Below are positions 50,598 to 63,985 of a stretch of 64,000 bases of DNA, in pieces. The notes under the pieces were generated by a model. That model ran no database searches. It saw only the letters and a list, made by a program, of their open reading frames with translations, and had not been told where the DNA came from. Both the position numbers and the translations under genes were made by a program. The stretch is taken from contig OZ076409.1 of assembly GCA_964187785.1 (NCBI GenBank), positions 29,328,001 to 29,392,000 on the forward strand. The letters run 5' to 3'. Source of the stretch: Amphiscolops sp. MND2022. Lineage: Eukaryota. Each line of letters starts with the position of its first letter. Within the stretch, counting starts at the first letter, position 1.

Positions 50598-51330
50598 TGT
50601 AACGTCCTGCTAGCAGCGTACATCCTAGAAGTGGGACAAGGCCTAGATTGCTTGAACAGGAGACCAGTGTCTTACTACAACCTAGACATTTGTTTTTAAT
50701 CCCAAAATGGTCTCCTAAGGGGACTTTTCAGGAGTCTAAGGAAGTTCCTCAAATTAAAGCTCCGAGGCGACGTGCCGGCACTCTCAAAGTCCGGACACGT
50801 CCCACAAGCCTGTAAAAATGAATCCTAAGGTTTCTAACGTTCCTGCTACGACTTTCTACATACCTCCGAAATCCAAAAACAGGGTTTAGCTGAAATATAT
50901 TTTGTTTGCAGATAATGATCTAAAGGTGTAAAAATAGGGATCTAGATCCACTACCATCACGAATCTGCTAAATACCATGAATAAACCTTGAAACACATTG
51001 GTAACAGCACTACTTTCTAGTCTTGCATGTAATTTCCAGAGTTTTCGGGGTGAACCATTGAAAGTTTGGCTTCTTTTTCGGGTTTTCCAGGACATTTTCT
51101 GGAGAAGACGGCACACAAATGTGATTGTCTATCTTCTCACACTTCTTGGGTCTCTGTATGTGTCTTCTTTACAGTCGGGACGGGGGTTGGGTGGATGTTT
51201 ATGCGTTTTTTCTGCGTCTTCGATTTTCGGTATCCGCTAGGTTCGCCATTTTAAGTTGTCTTATTTGATATCGCACACTTTTTGAAGGACGGTGTTGGAC
51301 AGTACAGCAGTCGAAAATTTTTTAACCCGT
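50598..51330 (-). mobile_element. Solo or partial LTR related to 38660-39443
   Basis: tgtaacgtcctgctagcagcgta...aacaggagacc...cccaaaatggtctccta...gctccg.ggcgacgtgccg is colinear with 38660-38940. Right boundary approximate. Confidence 0.75.
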
Positions 51331-51639
51331 AGAATTCAGATGAAAAACGATGGCAATGTTTTTTCAGTATTCTTAATCAACTTCCGGCAGAGGGAGTTAT
51401 TCAAGATATTTCTTTAACCGTACTTTTGTCCATTGCTGTTGCAGGAACCAACTATAGAGCTCTCCTTACGAAAAATGAGGACCTTCTGTTCCTATCTTTG
51501 AAACGCGAAAGTGATCAACTTTTGAAGTGTGTAGGTTTCCATTCATATACGTGTTAGTATGTGAGTAGTTTTTTGGGGCACGAGCTTTGCGAGATGCCCA
51601 TATGGTGACGTTTTTTTTCGCAGATTTCGTGACATGTGC

Positions 51640-52560
51640 CAATTTTTCAAACTTGTGAGACAAATTTCTCAAAAACCCAGAACAGATACGGACACCATGT
51701 TTTCGCTAAAAGTTGCGCAGGAGCCTAGGCTACATTTTTGCCAAAATATTTTTTCGAAAAAAAACCGGCTTCAAAAATATGGAAAAAACGCTACTTTTGG
51801 CTATTTTTCAAATTTGATCCCCTATATCTCAAAACTGAGACCGAATACAGGGTCCATGGTTTCGTTGAATTGTACAAGCGTTTAATAGGCTACATTTTGG
51901 CCTAAGAATGATGTCAAAATGTTTTTCATACTTGATGTTTTTGGGCAGAAAGAGGACAAAAAATTTTTCGAAAATTTTTTCTAATTCGTAGCTCATATTT
52001 CTCAAAACTGATAAGAGATACAGAAACCGTTCTCTTTCGAGAAGAACAGCATAGACATAGGCTACTTTTTGGACCAACAAAGTTACCGTCATCAAGTATG
52101 ACGCCTTCGTTTTTCTGCCAAAAAAATTTTAGTTTTTTTCAAAAACATTTCTTGGTTCTTTTTTATTCGAGCTCGTATATCTCATGACCGAAGCCGATTA
52201 TGGGGTTCATGGTTTCGTTAAGTTTACGAGGCTCATGTAGGCTACGTTTTTGGCTAAAAGTGATGTCGAAATTTTTTTGCTCTGGATTTTTTAGCAAATA
52301 AAGTAATGAAAAAATTTTTCTGAATTTTTTCCATTTTTTTCCACTTTGTAGCTGATTTTTCTCAGAACTGAAAATAGATACGAAAACGATTCTCCTTCAC
52401 AAAGTGAGGCAAGTATGTAGGTTTTTTTTACTTTCAAAGTTTCCGTCATGAAGTATGACGCCTCCGGGTTTCTGCCAAAAATACATTTTTTCATTTTTCT
52501 CAAAAAAATTTCCTTCATCTTTTTATTTTTTTCATCAAAATATTCTCATCTGAGATTGGA
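51640..52560. repeat. Diverged tandem repeat (~350-bp period with ~170-bp subunits)
   Basis: tatatctca...catggtttcgtt...taggctac...tgatgtc at ~51822 and ~52175; aagtatgacgcct at ~52094 and ~52451. Confidence 0.65.
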
Positions 52561-52665
52561 TAAGTTCACAAGGTTGTGGGCCCTGGAACACAAAGAATTT
52601 ATAACACCTTCCCAGACCATTGAACGTTTCTGCTCGTGCCCAAGCGCGACATGCCGTCGCGTCTA

Positions 52666-53428
52666 TGTAACGGCAAGCTGTTGTCGGTCGCTTAACACGT
52701 TAACCGAGGTGGAGGAACCTGTAGAAATGGGTAAATCGCTCGGGACGGGCGCCCATCACCACAGATCCATTTTGCCTCCAGGGGTGAAATACGTCCCGAG
52801 GCCGTGAGTGCTTCGACGAATACTGTCCAACCGGTCCTAGTCTTTGATTGCCAATAGTAACGGGCATCTTCCTGACTCTCTGAAGACCGCCGCTTAACTA
52901 GCTTGTAAAAACAATGACAAGAATGAGGTAAATTCCAATTTCAAGATGACATGGGTACAAAGTTCTAAAATGGGGAAAAGCGTCTAAAATGCCCTAAAAA
53001 AACTAGCGCTTGACCTAGCTAAAACCAGTGAGAATACATCAGAACAGGTACGAATATGGCAAACCACACAGCTAAAAGCTGGGGCGCATGGGCCCCAAGC
53101 ACCAAACAAGGATAATTAGGCCAAAAGAATCATTTGGCTGGTTTCCGCTACTTAAGATACTTAAGGTAGCATAGTGCTAAAATCAAAGAAAACCAGGGTT
53201 AGCACCTGAAAAAGAGTATATTTTTGAGTTTTTTTAGCGCATGGGCTTCTTCGTTCTCTGTCTTCTCGCTCGGTCTTGCTCGGTCCTCATTTTTTATGGA
53301 AAACGGCGAAAACAGCGAAAAGAGCAATGACATGCCCAGTGCCACGTCACACAGCGAATTAGAATTTTTGACAAAATTTCTGAACATGTCCAAGTCGCAA
53401 AATCGCTGTACCAGAGGTTCCCGTTACA
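52666..53428 (-). repeat. 3' LTR (763 bp)
   Basis: TGTAAC...GTTACA ends; the 5' half is homologous to the LTRs at 41918 and 49779. Confidence 0.85.
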
Positions 53429-54689
53429 TCACTCCCCGGGCTCTATGCATGATGTCCCTGTCATGCGGAGAGACTGGCATTGAGAACGTCTCCAAATCAT
53501 CTTTGCCATCCATTGGGAGTTCAAACTGGTGATGTTCCAAGGGTACAGTGGCACTGTCAACTTTCGCTGATTGAGCAACCTTGAGGTCTTGCTTCTTGCA
53601 ATCCAGGAATCTGCATCGTCCACAAATTGTTGAAACAGAGCTAGCCCTCGAGCTAGAAAACAAGTACTCAAAAAAGGCATCTTGAAATTGATCAAATCCA
53701 AAAAGCACTAATTTGTTAGCACGAGTTTTCTGCACGAAATTTGCACAGGATCTTTCTAGCACAATGGTTTTTTGGACGTCTAAAAATTCTTTTACGGAGA
53801 CCTCAGGCTCCAAAGCGCACGTGGTTCTCATCGAAAATGTCTCTTCCAAGGCAATGAAACTTCAGTTTGCTGCAAAGTTAAAAGATGTTTTCGATTAAAC
53901 TTCTTTTCAGCGGAAAAACCACCGTTTAAAAGGAAGACAAGCTGCTGTTTTCGATACTATCTTGTTCACAGTTCGGTTTGGTTTGGGCAACACGCACTGA
54001 AGTGCAGCTCCATACCTGAATAGAGTTCAGTAGCATCTTTTAAGCAGCGCATAGGAAGCAAACTACGAACTGCTCGTGAGAGTTAAGCACTGGTGTGTGT
54101 TACGTAGGCAAAATTAGACAACATCCTTCAAGTTAGATATCCGGAGCGCGCGAGCTCCAGAGTTAGTTAAATATAACGTTGAACCCTGGAAGACACCGGG
54201 AAACTTGGGAAATTTACGCAAAAAATGAAAATAGCACCTTTCGGGCGAAGCGTTACATGTAGAGTTTTTGGGTTAAATCTACAGCGTTTGCATGACTGAA
54301 GCTAAAGTTTTGAAACAATGACTGCTTGAAAAGGGCGTCCGGATGACAAGAGTCCATTACCACACGTAAAGATATCCTCTGTGAGTTGTTCAATCGTATA
54401 GTGGAGTCGAGGAATGTTTTAACTTTCAATTGGGGCTCCCCGGGCCGTAGTCGTCTCCCCGGGATTCAGTCCTTGAGAACCCTCTTTTATAGGAAGACAG
54501 CAATGACCAACAGAAGATACAATAGGATGAGTTGGTGTTGACAACCACTCCCCCTTGAAAAATAGTGGAGTGTAGTTTGCAATGCTGAGGCAGCATCAAC
54601 CGGTAGCGCGCGAGCTACCAAAAGGACTTATCAAGCCAGAAATATCAGAAACTGAAATTAAAAATAAACAAAAGGAAAGAACACTAAAG

Positions 54690-55613
54690 TTAGGTGATAC
54701 CAGGAAAATGTCCAATGGTGGCAATAGAGACATAGACGCGATCATGTAGAATAACTGTGATACCAGTTTCTGCAAAAACGTCCATGACACTATGATAGAA
54801 GTTGTCCAAGCTGCGAAGTGGGCGCTCAGGGTCAACTATGGGGAAGTGAATGTCAGCGGTTCCATTGGACAATAAAAAAGCTTTCAAATGTTCCAAGCAT
54901 AGGAAGAAATCATCGGTGATTTGGGGTGCACACTGGGAGGGGCGTGCAATCAGCAGGTGGACAATCTGGTTCTCTAGGAAAGATGAGGCTGGGATAGTTG
55001 GGACCTCACCAACTTTTGGGCGAAATTGGAATTTGTTTTCGATGCCATACTCGCGAAGAATGTAGCGCAAGGCTGCGGAATAAGTATTAAGGTCTGCAGG
55101 GCAGCACATTGCTACATGGCCCTGCACTTGCAAGAAGTCAGTTTAGTCGTATACAATATAGTAGACCAAGTTGGGTCGTAAGGCACCAGGAAACACGATC
55201 TGACGTCCGGGTCCTTTTTCGTCAGCTGGATCGAAGTGGTTCTGTCCCCGAATAGCAGTCAGGTCCTGCCATACGGACCTTGATAGAGACTGATTATCCA
55301 CATTCGCCGTCGACCATGCGCCAAGAGTACCAAGTACAGTGTGGATCGTTACAGGCCGGTTAAAGGAATGAGTCCAATCATCCAAAAGGCGAATACGAGG
55401 AAAGTTGGCGAACAAAGAGATGATCAGCTCTAGCCACCGCCGGAACTGGAGTTTTCCACGATAAAGATCAACGATGTGGAAGCACAGAATTGAATCCCCA
55501 GTAACCACAGTCCGCAAACTTTCTAGACAACTACGCAAGCTGTCAGGCCGGACCAACGAGTGAGTGTGAGAGGCAGTTACAAGTAAACACCAAAATTGGG
55601 CTGGGCGATACAC
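54690..55613 (-). pseudogene. Tandem TARG1/OARD1 (Poa1p-like) macrodomain-like region at the end of pol; in-frame TAA at 55143-55145
   Basis: HVAMCCPADL...EYG...PKVGEV...HLLIAR...DDFFLCLEHLKAFLLSNGTADIHFP...VMDVFAETGITVILH parallels TARG1 AHCISED...KFG...KSGEV...YYLITK...[23 protein letters not shown]...IEEVFEATDIKITVY. The upstream unit LLVT...LRSCLESLR...W..LI..LF is weaker. Confidence 0.7.
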
Positions 55614-56840
55614 TTCACCAGGCTGACATATGACGTCGTATTTGTCAGATAGGAGGTCAGCCGTAATACAGCGGATGGATTGAAAGGTCCAAACACAAAG
55701 TTAGGAGTAACGGGAGGCACTGTGACTGCCAATGTGAATTCCAAACCGCGTAGTTCACTTCTCCACTCCTTGAAACGGGGACAAGGTTCTTCAGCAACCT
55801 TAGATTTAGACAACTCTTCCAGAACGACGTCTACAAGAAAAATTCGTTCTCTTTCTAGTCCGGTGTATGTCTTCTCTGCACTGATTACTACGCGACTAAC
55901 AAAAAGTTTACCATTGTGGATAAGGGGTTGAGGCTTTGGACGAACCGGAGTTTTCGGAGGTCCAGTTGGAATAGTAGAAGACTTGTTCAGAGCCAAAACG
56001 CAAGTGCAATTGCGGAACCCACAGGTTCCACAGCGATATCGAGGTACTCGATTACGGCGTAGGTCATAGTGTGCGTTAACCTGTGAAGCGCTTTGGTCAA
56101 CATCGGATGTGAGCTGCGCAGTGTGAATCCGATGTAATTGATGGCTGGGTGTCAATTTCACGAGCTGTTTGTCGTAAAGAGGTGGTAGTGTGTCCTCTGG
56201 GCCGCCGAGGAGGGCGACTTCGATGAGGTCCTCTGCGACCTTGTCTTCGCGCGCGCGAGCGCAAATCCTGATACTGGGAAGGAGTCCCTCGTGTTGAACC
56301 ACGAGATAGAGCAACTCGCGGCCTGCTCCTATCACGTCTGCTAGGGACGTTGTACCTAGCAGCTGGCTCGTCGGAGCCGGATAACTCAGTGTTACTGGGT
56401 TCAGTGTCTTGGAGGTTAGACATGCTTTCCGGCAATGAGGGAACACTGACTGGCTTTTCCGTCAATGAAGGATTTGTCAAAAGCGGAGCCGATGTACCCG
56501 CTAGTGTTAACGCTGCTTCTGCTGATGCCGTGGAGGCATCTTTTGTTTGAGCTGCGTCCGGGATTATTTCAGGTTCGGAGAATAATGGTAGCTGATCGTT
56601 AATGGCAGGTTCAGGTGACATATGTTGTTCATCGGGAGGCATTGAAGCTTCAACTAGCGCAGGAGGTTCAGCCTCTGAAGGATTTGGCTCATCGGACAGC
56701 AAGTCTTCAGAGCGCTCACGCTCTGGGTTGGAGAGGGAATAGTCAAATTGCTGGTAGTGGACACGACTGCCTCCGGCTCGCATTCTAGTACGCAACCTCG
56801 TGTCAATCCAGTGGCGTCTCCTTGATGGTAGCGATACATC

Positions 56841-59800
56841 TCATGCTTCAGACAGCGGTTCCTCCTCGCGATACGAGGGTTGTGAGCAGTCATCTAAGAT
56901 CTCCTCAGCTGAATGCTCGGGCTCAGGATCCATTACAACGACCACTTCGCCACTCCCAGCGGGGAGAGCAACAAACACAGTAGGTCCACCATGATGAGGT
57001 TTGAGCCGCTCAAAGTGCACTTTTTGTCCTGAGTCTAGGATATAGACACGGCCATCTTGTAGTACATGGACAATCTTGTGCGGACCACGCCAAGCTTTCA
57101 TCATTTTCAGTGATCTCTTTTGAGGTACATAGCAGCAGAACACCCAAACAGGGTCTCGTACATTATATGCGGTTGCGCGAATAGCGCGATCATACTTCAG
57201 TTTTTGACGTAGTTGCACTGATGCGTGTTTCTACGCACCAAGTCAGTCATGAATCTCTTGTTGCCGAGCCAGAATATGTTCCACATAGGCTCCATGCGAT
57301 TCAAATGATCTGGCTGCGAACTCAGGATAAAGAAAAGTGAGGGGAATTGTTTTTTCGGTCCCTCGGGTCAGCATGTAAGGTGAGGACCCAGTCGTGGCGT
57401 GGCGCGTTGAGTTATACGCTCCCATGACGTCGTCCAAGTGCTCGTCCCAGTCTCTCATGCGACGCGAGCAGAATTCCCGTAACAGGGTCAGCAAAGTTCG
57501 AGTTTGTCGCTGAACCAGGCCTTGGGTGCGCGGGTGACCCGCTTTTGAGGTGACTTTTGTGACCTGGGATGCCCTCATGAACTCGTTGGACACCTCTGCA
57601 GTCAAATTGGGGGCATTGTCTGATTGCATGCGCGTAGGCGTGCCGTGTCTGGCAAACCATTTCTGCAACAGTAACCTAGACGTGGTTACCGCATCGTAAT
57701 CTTCATGGCTGCACGGTATAGCCTCCGCAAATTTGGAGAAATGGTCAATTATCACCAGAATGCCCGTGTTGTTGCTGTCTGAGGGGCAAATTTTAAGATG
57801 GTCATACTGGACCAACTCATTGAAATACCCACTTTGGATATTTTTGAGGTGAAATCGAACGTCACCCGGTTTGTCCCGTACTTGCTGGCACGTGTGGCAC
57901 TGACTGACGTATTGACCAACGCTACGACGAATGCCTGGCCAGGTATGGCGTTCATGTATTCGCGCCAGCACCTTAGCAATGCCTTGGTGGCCCATTGCTT
58001 CGTGAGCACGAAACAGAATTTCATGCTGGTACAGTTGCGGCATTACAATCATGCACGGACGTTCGTGCAAAGGACGTTGCTGAGGGGGATACTTCACACA
58101 AAGGACCCCATTTTGGTTGATGAACAGGAGATCTTTTTTCTGCTTGTGATAGTTATGTGCGAATGCGCGCACGTCTTCGGGAAAATCATCGTGATCGATG
58201 GATTCTTGTGCCACCAACTTTTTTATGGCTAACACATGCACGTCACGGTTCTGTGCCAAAAGCAGATCTTTGATGCCATGCACCGTGTTGGCATGTTCAA
58301 GAAATTCCGTGTCTATCTCCTTGATCGCTAGGGCAGCTTCCCTAACCACCGTTAGGGCGGAGGCAATGGCTTGCTCGACTGTTTCATTGAGGGCATACGT
58401 TTTGCGTGAGGGGACGTTTGCCACATGTGTAGGCAACAAGTAATCTTGCCTAGCCTCCTCAGTGACGTCAATCCAGTCCTTGGGATACTCTGGACAAAAG
58501 TCTTCGTGTGTTTGCAATGTAGGCATTGGTGCCTCAGGTAGAGGAGCGCGCAGCGCCCTCTTCCTTTTCTCAACTGCCTGACAGCGCTTACGCCGTCGTG
58601 CAACACGACAAACTGCGTTTTTGTGGTCTGGTTTAGTGTTCCGCAAGTGAGCGGGAAGCTGGGGGTGATTGGGTATCACTCGACCGTGCAAGTCGAACCA
58701 AGTTGCAACTGGCAGCTGGTCAAATTCCTCCTGTGAGAGGAAATTCCATTTGTCCGCAACAGGTGGCAGCTTTTCGAGCTGCTTTTCTCGGCATTGATAA
58801 TCGTTGGTTCGTTTACTGAGTCCATCGGCATTGCGATGCTGAGTTTTAGGACGGTGCTTCACCGTGAAATGATACTTTTCAAGTGCCATAATCCATCGAC
58901 CATTCAAGGCCTGATCAGTGGAATACGTTTTCAGCCAAGAAAGTGCTTGATTGTCAACCCTCTGGATGAAATTTCTGACGCAGAGATAGCTGTGATTTTT
59001 GAGAATGAAATAATAAGCTGCGTACATTTCAAGCTTGGGAGCGCCATACTTCGCTTGAGTGGCATTCAATTTTTTGCTCCCGTACACAAATGGTCTCAAG
59101 CGCTTTTCGCCCGGAGGACCTTGCCACTGATGCAAAATGCCAGAAATTGCAACAGCACTGGCATCAGTGTCCAGCACAAATTCGCCCTCCAAATCCGGTT
59201 GCGCCAAGGCAGTTGCCTCGATCAAAGCTAACTTAATGGCGTTGAAAGCCTGTTGCTGCGCATCCCCCAGGCGAAAGTTGCACCCAGGCCAGTAATAGCT
59301 TGCAATGGGGCCACAAGTTTGGCATGCCAAGGAATAAACTCGCGATAATAATTGGCGAAGCCCAAAAAGCTTTGCAGCTCTGTCTTGTTCCTGGGTACTT
59401 CCCAATCGCGCAGTTTAGACACTGCTTTAGGGTCCGGTTTGATACCTTTGGCAGAGACCACACGTCCCAGGTACTTGATTTCCGACTTCAAAAAGTCGCA
59501 CTTAGCGACTCTCATCTTGAAGCCAGCTTCTCGCAGACATTCAAACACCTCGCGTAAGCGTACCATGTGGTCCTCAACTGTCTCGGTGGCAATGACAAAG
59601 TTGTCAATGTACGCCATCACCATTCAGGATATTCTGTAGCGCTCGCGCTATGGCTCGTTGGAAGCTAGCTGAAGCGTTACACATCCCAAAGGGCATCCGA
59701 GCCCATTCAAACAAACACAGCTCGCAAGCAAATGCCGTCTTCTGCCTGTCTGCTTTGCGTACTGGTATTTGCCAGAAAGCCCAGGCCAAATCGATACTGG

Positions 59801-62510
59801 TGTAGATCTTGGCCTTACCCAAGCGAGAGAGGCTTTCGTCAATGCACGGAAAGGGATACGCGTCTTTTATGGTCACTGCGTTGAGGGGGCGAAATTCGCA
59901 GCAGAAACGCAACTCCCCATTCTTCTTCTTGACCATCACGATCTAACTCTCCCAAGGTGACAGCGAGGGTTGGATCATGCCCAAAGCTAATAGGTTGCGA
60001 ACCTCCTGGTTGGCGCGCTCTGCTTTCTCGCGCGACATCCGTCTAGTCCTTCTCGATGAGATGTAGCTCCAGGTTCAACCTCGACCGTATGTTTGGCAAG
60101 TTTACAGCGGCCAATGTCCGCCTTGTGCTTCATGAAGAGGTCGTCAAATTCAGTTAGGATGTTACCCAGAGAGTCGCGGGCAGTTTGTCCCCACAACTTT
60201 TGCACCTCCTCCAACTGAGACTCGGGACCAGAACTTCCTGACGTCGCGCTCTGACAGCCCCTTCTCCGACGGGTCTGTCAAGGAAAGAAACTCGAACTCC
60301 GATGACGACAAAAACTTTGATTGGGAGCTCAGATCAATTTCAGTATAGATCCTGTTGACAAAATCGTTTGGCGATTTTGATTTTTCGTCAGCTTCCTCTC
60401 TGTGCACTTGAGCACATTGAGGAACTGCATGATAGACGAGGCGTACTGGCGCAGCAGTACCAAGCATGGTGCCACTTTTCACTTTCTGGGCATTGCTTGT
60501 CAGATTGCCTCTCTCCGACAGTGCCTATAGTGTCTTCCACGAATAAAGTGTTCTTCAACACTCGGTTCGGTGTTGCAAAGGTAATCACCACATTTCTGAA
60601 AACGAAAGCTTCCAAGTCCGAAGTGACCACTTCGGCACGTAGAAAGGCACAGTCAAACGGCTCTAGCCTCACGTCTTGATCCAAAACTACTGTACTGGAT
60701 AAAGTTTCATCGCTCGTCTGGGCGTGTGCCTGATATCACACGGGCTTAGCCGGGGCTCGCACCACTATTTTCATGGCGGTCAGATCTACGAGCACGTTAT
60801 ATGCTCTTAGGAAATTCCGACTCAGCAAGAAATCCTCCAACCCATGTGCATCATCGACTACCACGAAATTGGTTTCGAGTTCATATCCACCAAGTTGGAA
60901 GCGCACACGCTCCGCTATTCCAAACGTTTTTATTTTCTTCCCGTTAGCAGCATACAAATTGATTTTGTAGCGCTCGCGCTATGGCTCGTTGGAAACTAGC
61001 TGAAGCGTTACACATCCCAAAGGGCATCCGGCGCCATTCAAACAAACACAGCTCGCAAGCAAATGCCGTCTTCTGCCTGTCTGCTTTGCGTACTGGTAAT
61101 TGCCAGAAAGCCCAGGCCAAATCGATACTGGTGTAGATCTTGGCCTTACCCAAGCGAGAGAGGCTTTCGTCAATGCACGGAAAGGGATACGCGTCTTTTA
61201 TGGTCACTGCGTTGAGGGGGCGAAATTCGCAGCAGAAACGCAACTCCCCATTCTTCTTCTTGACCATCACGATCTAACTCTCCCAAGGTGACAGCGAGGG
61301 TTGGATCATGCCCACAGCTAATAGGTTGCGAACCTCCTGGTTGGCGCGCTCTGCTTTCTCGCGCGACATCCGTCTGGTCCTTCTCGATGAGATGTAGCTC
61401 CAGGTTCAACCTCGACCGTATGTTTGGCAAGTTTACAGCGGCCAATGTCCGCCTTGTGCCTCATGAAGAGGTCGTCAAATTCAGTTAGGATGTTATCCAG
61501 AGAGTCGCGGGCAGTTTGTCCCCACAACTTTTGCACCTCCTCCAACTGAGACTCGGGACCAGAACTTCCTGACGTCGCGCTCTGACAGCCCCTTCTCCGA
61601 CGGGTCTGTCAAGGAAAGAAACTCGAACTCCGATGACGACAAAAACTTTGATTGGGAGCTCAGATCAATTTCAGTATAGATCCTGTTGACAAAATCGTTT
61701 GGCGATTTTGATTTTTCGTCAGCTTCCTCTCTGTGCACTTGAGCACATTGAGGAACTGCATGATAGACGAGGCGTACTGGCGCAGCAGTACCAAGCATGG
61801 TGCCACTTTTCACTTTCTGGGCATTGCTTGTCAGATTGCCTCTCTCCGACAGTGCCTATAGTGTCTTCCACGAATAAAGTGTTCTTCAACACTCGGTTCG
61901 GTGTTGCAAAGGTAATCACCACATTTCTGAAAACGAAAGCTTCCAAGTCCGAAGTCACCACTTCGGCACGTAGAAAGGCACGGTCAAACGGCTCTAGCCT
62001 CACGTCTTGATCCAAAACTACTGTACTGGACAAAGTTTCATCGCTCGTCTGGGTGTGTGCCTGATATCACACGGGCTTAGCCGGGGCTCGCACCACTATT
62101 TTCATGGCGGTCAGATCTACGAGCACGTTATATGCTCTTAGGAAATTCCGACTCAGCAAGAAATCCTCCAACCCATGTGCATCATCGACTACCACGAAAT
62201 TGGTTTCGAGTTCATATCCACCAAGTTGGAAGCGCACACGCTCCGCTATTCCAAACGTTTTTATTTTCTTCCCGTTAGCAGCATACAAATTGATTCGGTG
62301 AGGTCGTAGCGCTCAACCTGTCTGCAAGGCCACACGGTTAAAGGCTGAGAAACTCATGATTGATACGCCTGACCCCGTGTCGACCATTCCTCTCAGTGGA
62401 ATAGGGTTAGCATTTGGCACTGCGAAAGATACCACGAGTGACGCACGCTCATCAATGCGGGCCTCACCTGTGGGGTCCTGCTTGCTCATTGCTGTAGCAG
62501 CGTAATTCAT
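56841..62510 (-). pseudogene. pol: Pol (PR, RT, RNase H, integrase), multiply frameshifted
   Basis: PR MVDTGSGVS; RT LRFCCEFRPLN, IDLAWAFWQ, MPFG, YIDN (catalytic D lost); RH LDTDAS, NADGLS; IN H..H..CHTC, QYDH, QSDN, GLVQR (E lost), WRGPHKI. Confidence 0.93.
59635..62296. repeat. 1331-bp tandem duplication (59635-60965 and 60966-62296) within pol
   Basis: The same ORF set recurs at an offset of 1331 bp; about a dozen substitutions seen between the copies. Confidence 0.95.
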
Positions 62511-63985
62511 GTGGCCCTAGACACACTCCTTGAGGGAACACATCTACTACCACGCTAGCATCAAATTTCATGTCCACGCCATCTATGTTGGCATGCACAG
62601 GAACTGGGTTGTACGCCGTGCACGTACTAGCTTCGCCTTCAGTATACCACTCTTTTGGCAGTGGTAAGGAGATCCTTTTGACAGCCGTATTGCTAGCTAA
62701 CTCCAGCTTCAATTGTTCCAAAGTCAAATCCGGGCGTATTTGTTGCTCCGAGGCTAGCATTAGATGTACAGACAGTATAGTTCGGCCACTAGGGTCGAAT
62801 GTTGTGGACTCAAAGCTTGTCTGCACCTGATATGTGCCACAGGTAACTGTCAGTGGAGCATTTACAATGGGTTGATCAGCTGGACGTAACAACAACACCT
62901 TGTCATAGGCAGTTGGTGCAGTTTGCGCTGCATCAGCTTTCATCTCTACTTCAGCCCTCGAGCTGAAAAAATCCGATTGAATAGACGATGTTGGACAATC
63001 TGCAGATACATCACTTGTGCACGATTTCACAGGGGCAGCAAGCGCTGAACTCGCAGCAGCAGCAGCAGCAGCAGCAACTTGTTGAGGTTTACTATCTGGG
63101 TCCTGAATCTGACGTCTTTCCGCAGAATGCACTACTAGCTTGTGTCTAAAGCAAGCACTATTCACACAGTTTGAGCGCTGAGATGCGGTTGCGTCCTGTC
63201 TACAAACGGGAGTTGTGTGCACCGAGGCGGCCGGCACTTGTTCACCCTGCAGGGACTGATAAGTTCCAGACTCAGTACGTCCTGTGTGTTGGTGACGTCG
63301 CCTTTGAAGTTCTCGAATGGAACCGTAACGATTCTACGGTAGGTGGGTCTGTTAGAAATGCCTCAGTGGCATAAACCACCGTCAGTTCTCGTTGCAACAC
63401 GGGATCACTGACCATGTCCATGAAACGATGCAAGATTTCATAGCGTCGGGTAGTGAGAGGCTCATCAGGAAAGCCCTGACTCCTGAGACATTCCAATGCA
63501 TCTAAATATTGCATCGGGTCCTCCTTTTCAAATTGATTTCGCAACCTGAAGGCCTGCTTCACCGGCCAGCGGCTACTCCCCGTCCTAAATCTACTGGAGA
63601 GCAAGGTACTCACTGATCGATTATAGCCCAAGCTTTGTCAACAGGTAAAGAATTCAAAGAAACTCGTTCCAGATACCGTTTCATACCAAGCAGCCACTCA
63701 TCAATAGTTCCGTCCTTCGAACCCCGGTATGCGGTTGGTCACTGCTGTTTGATCACGATTGGCAGTTAAGGGGGCCAACTCTTTATACATGGCTTTGGAT
63801 ATCGCCTCCGTGAATTTCAACTGTTCGGGTGATATGAATTCACTTTCTGTATCACTGGTACATGAGATTCGCTCGAGCAACCTGTCGTCAGCGATGTGAC
63901 CCACCGGCGACGCATTAGCAATGCCGATGATTGTGTTGTTCAAGGATATTGCGTCTGCAACATCACCTATTGTAGGCGCTGTCAT
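62464..63985 (-). pseudogene. gag: Gag fragments
   Basis: EDPMQYLDALECLRSQGFPDE...EILHRF capsid-like segment upstream of the protease. Confidence 0.7.
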
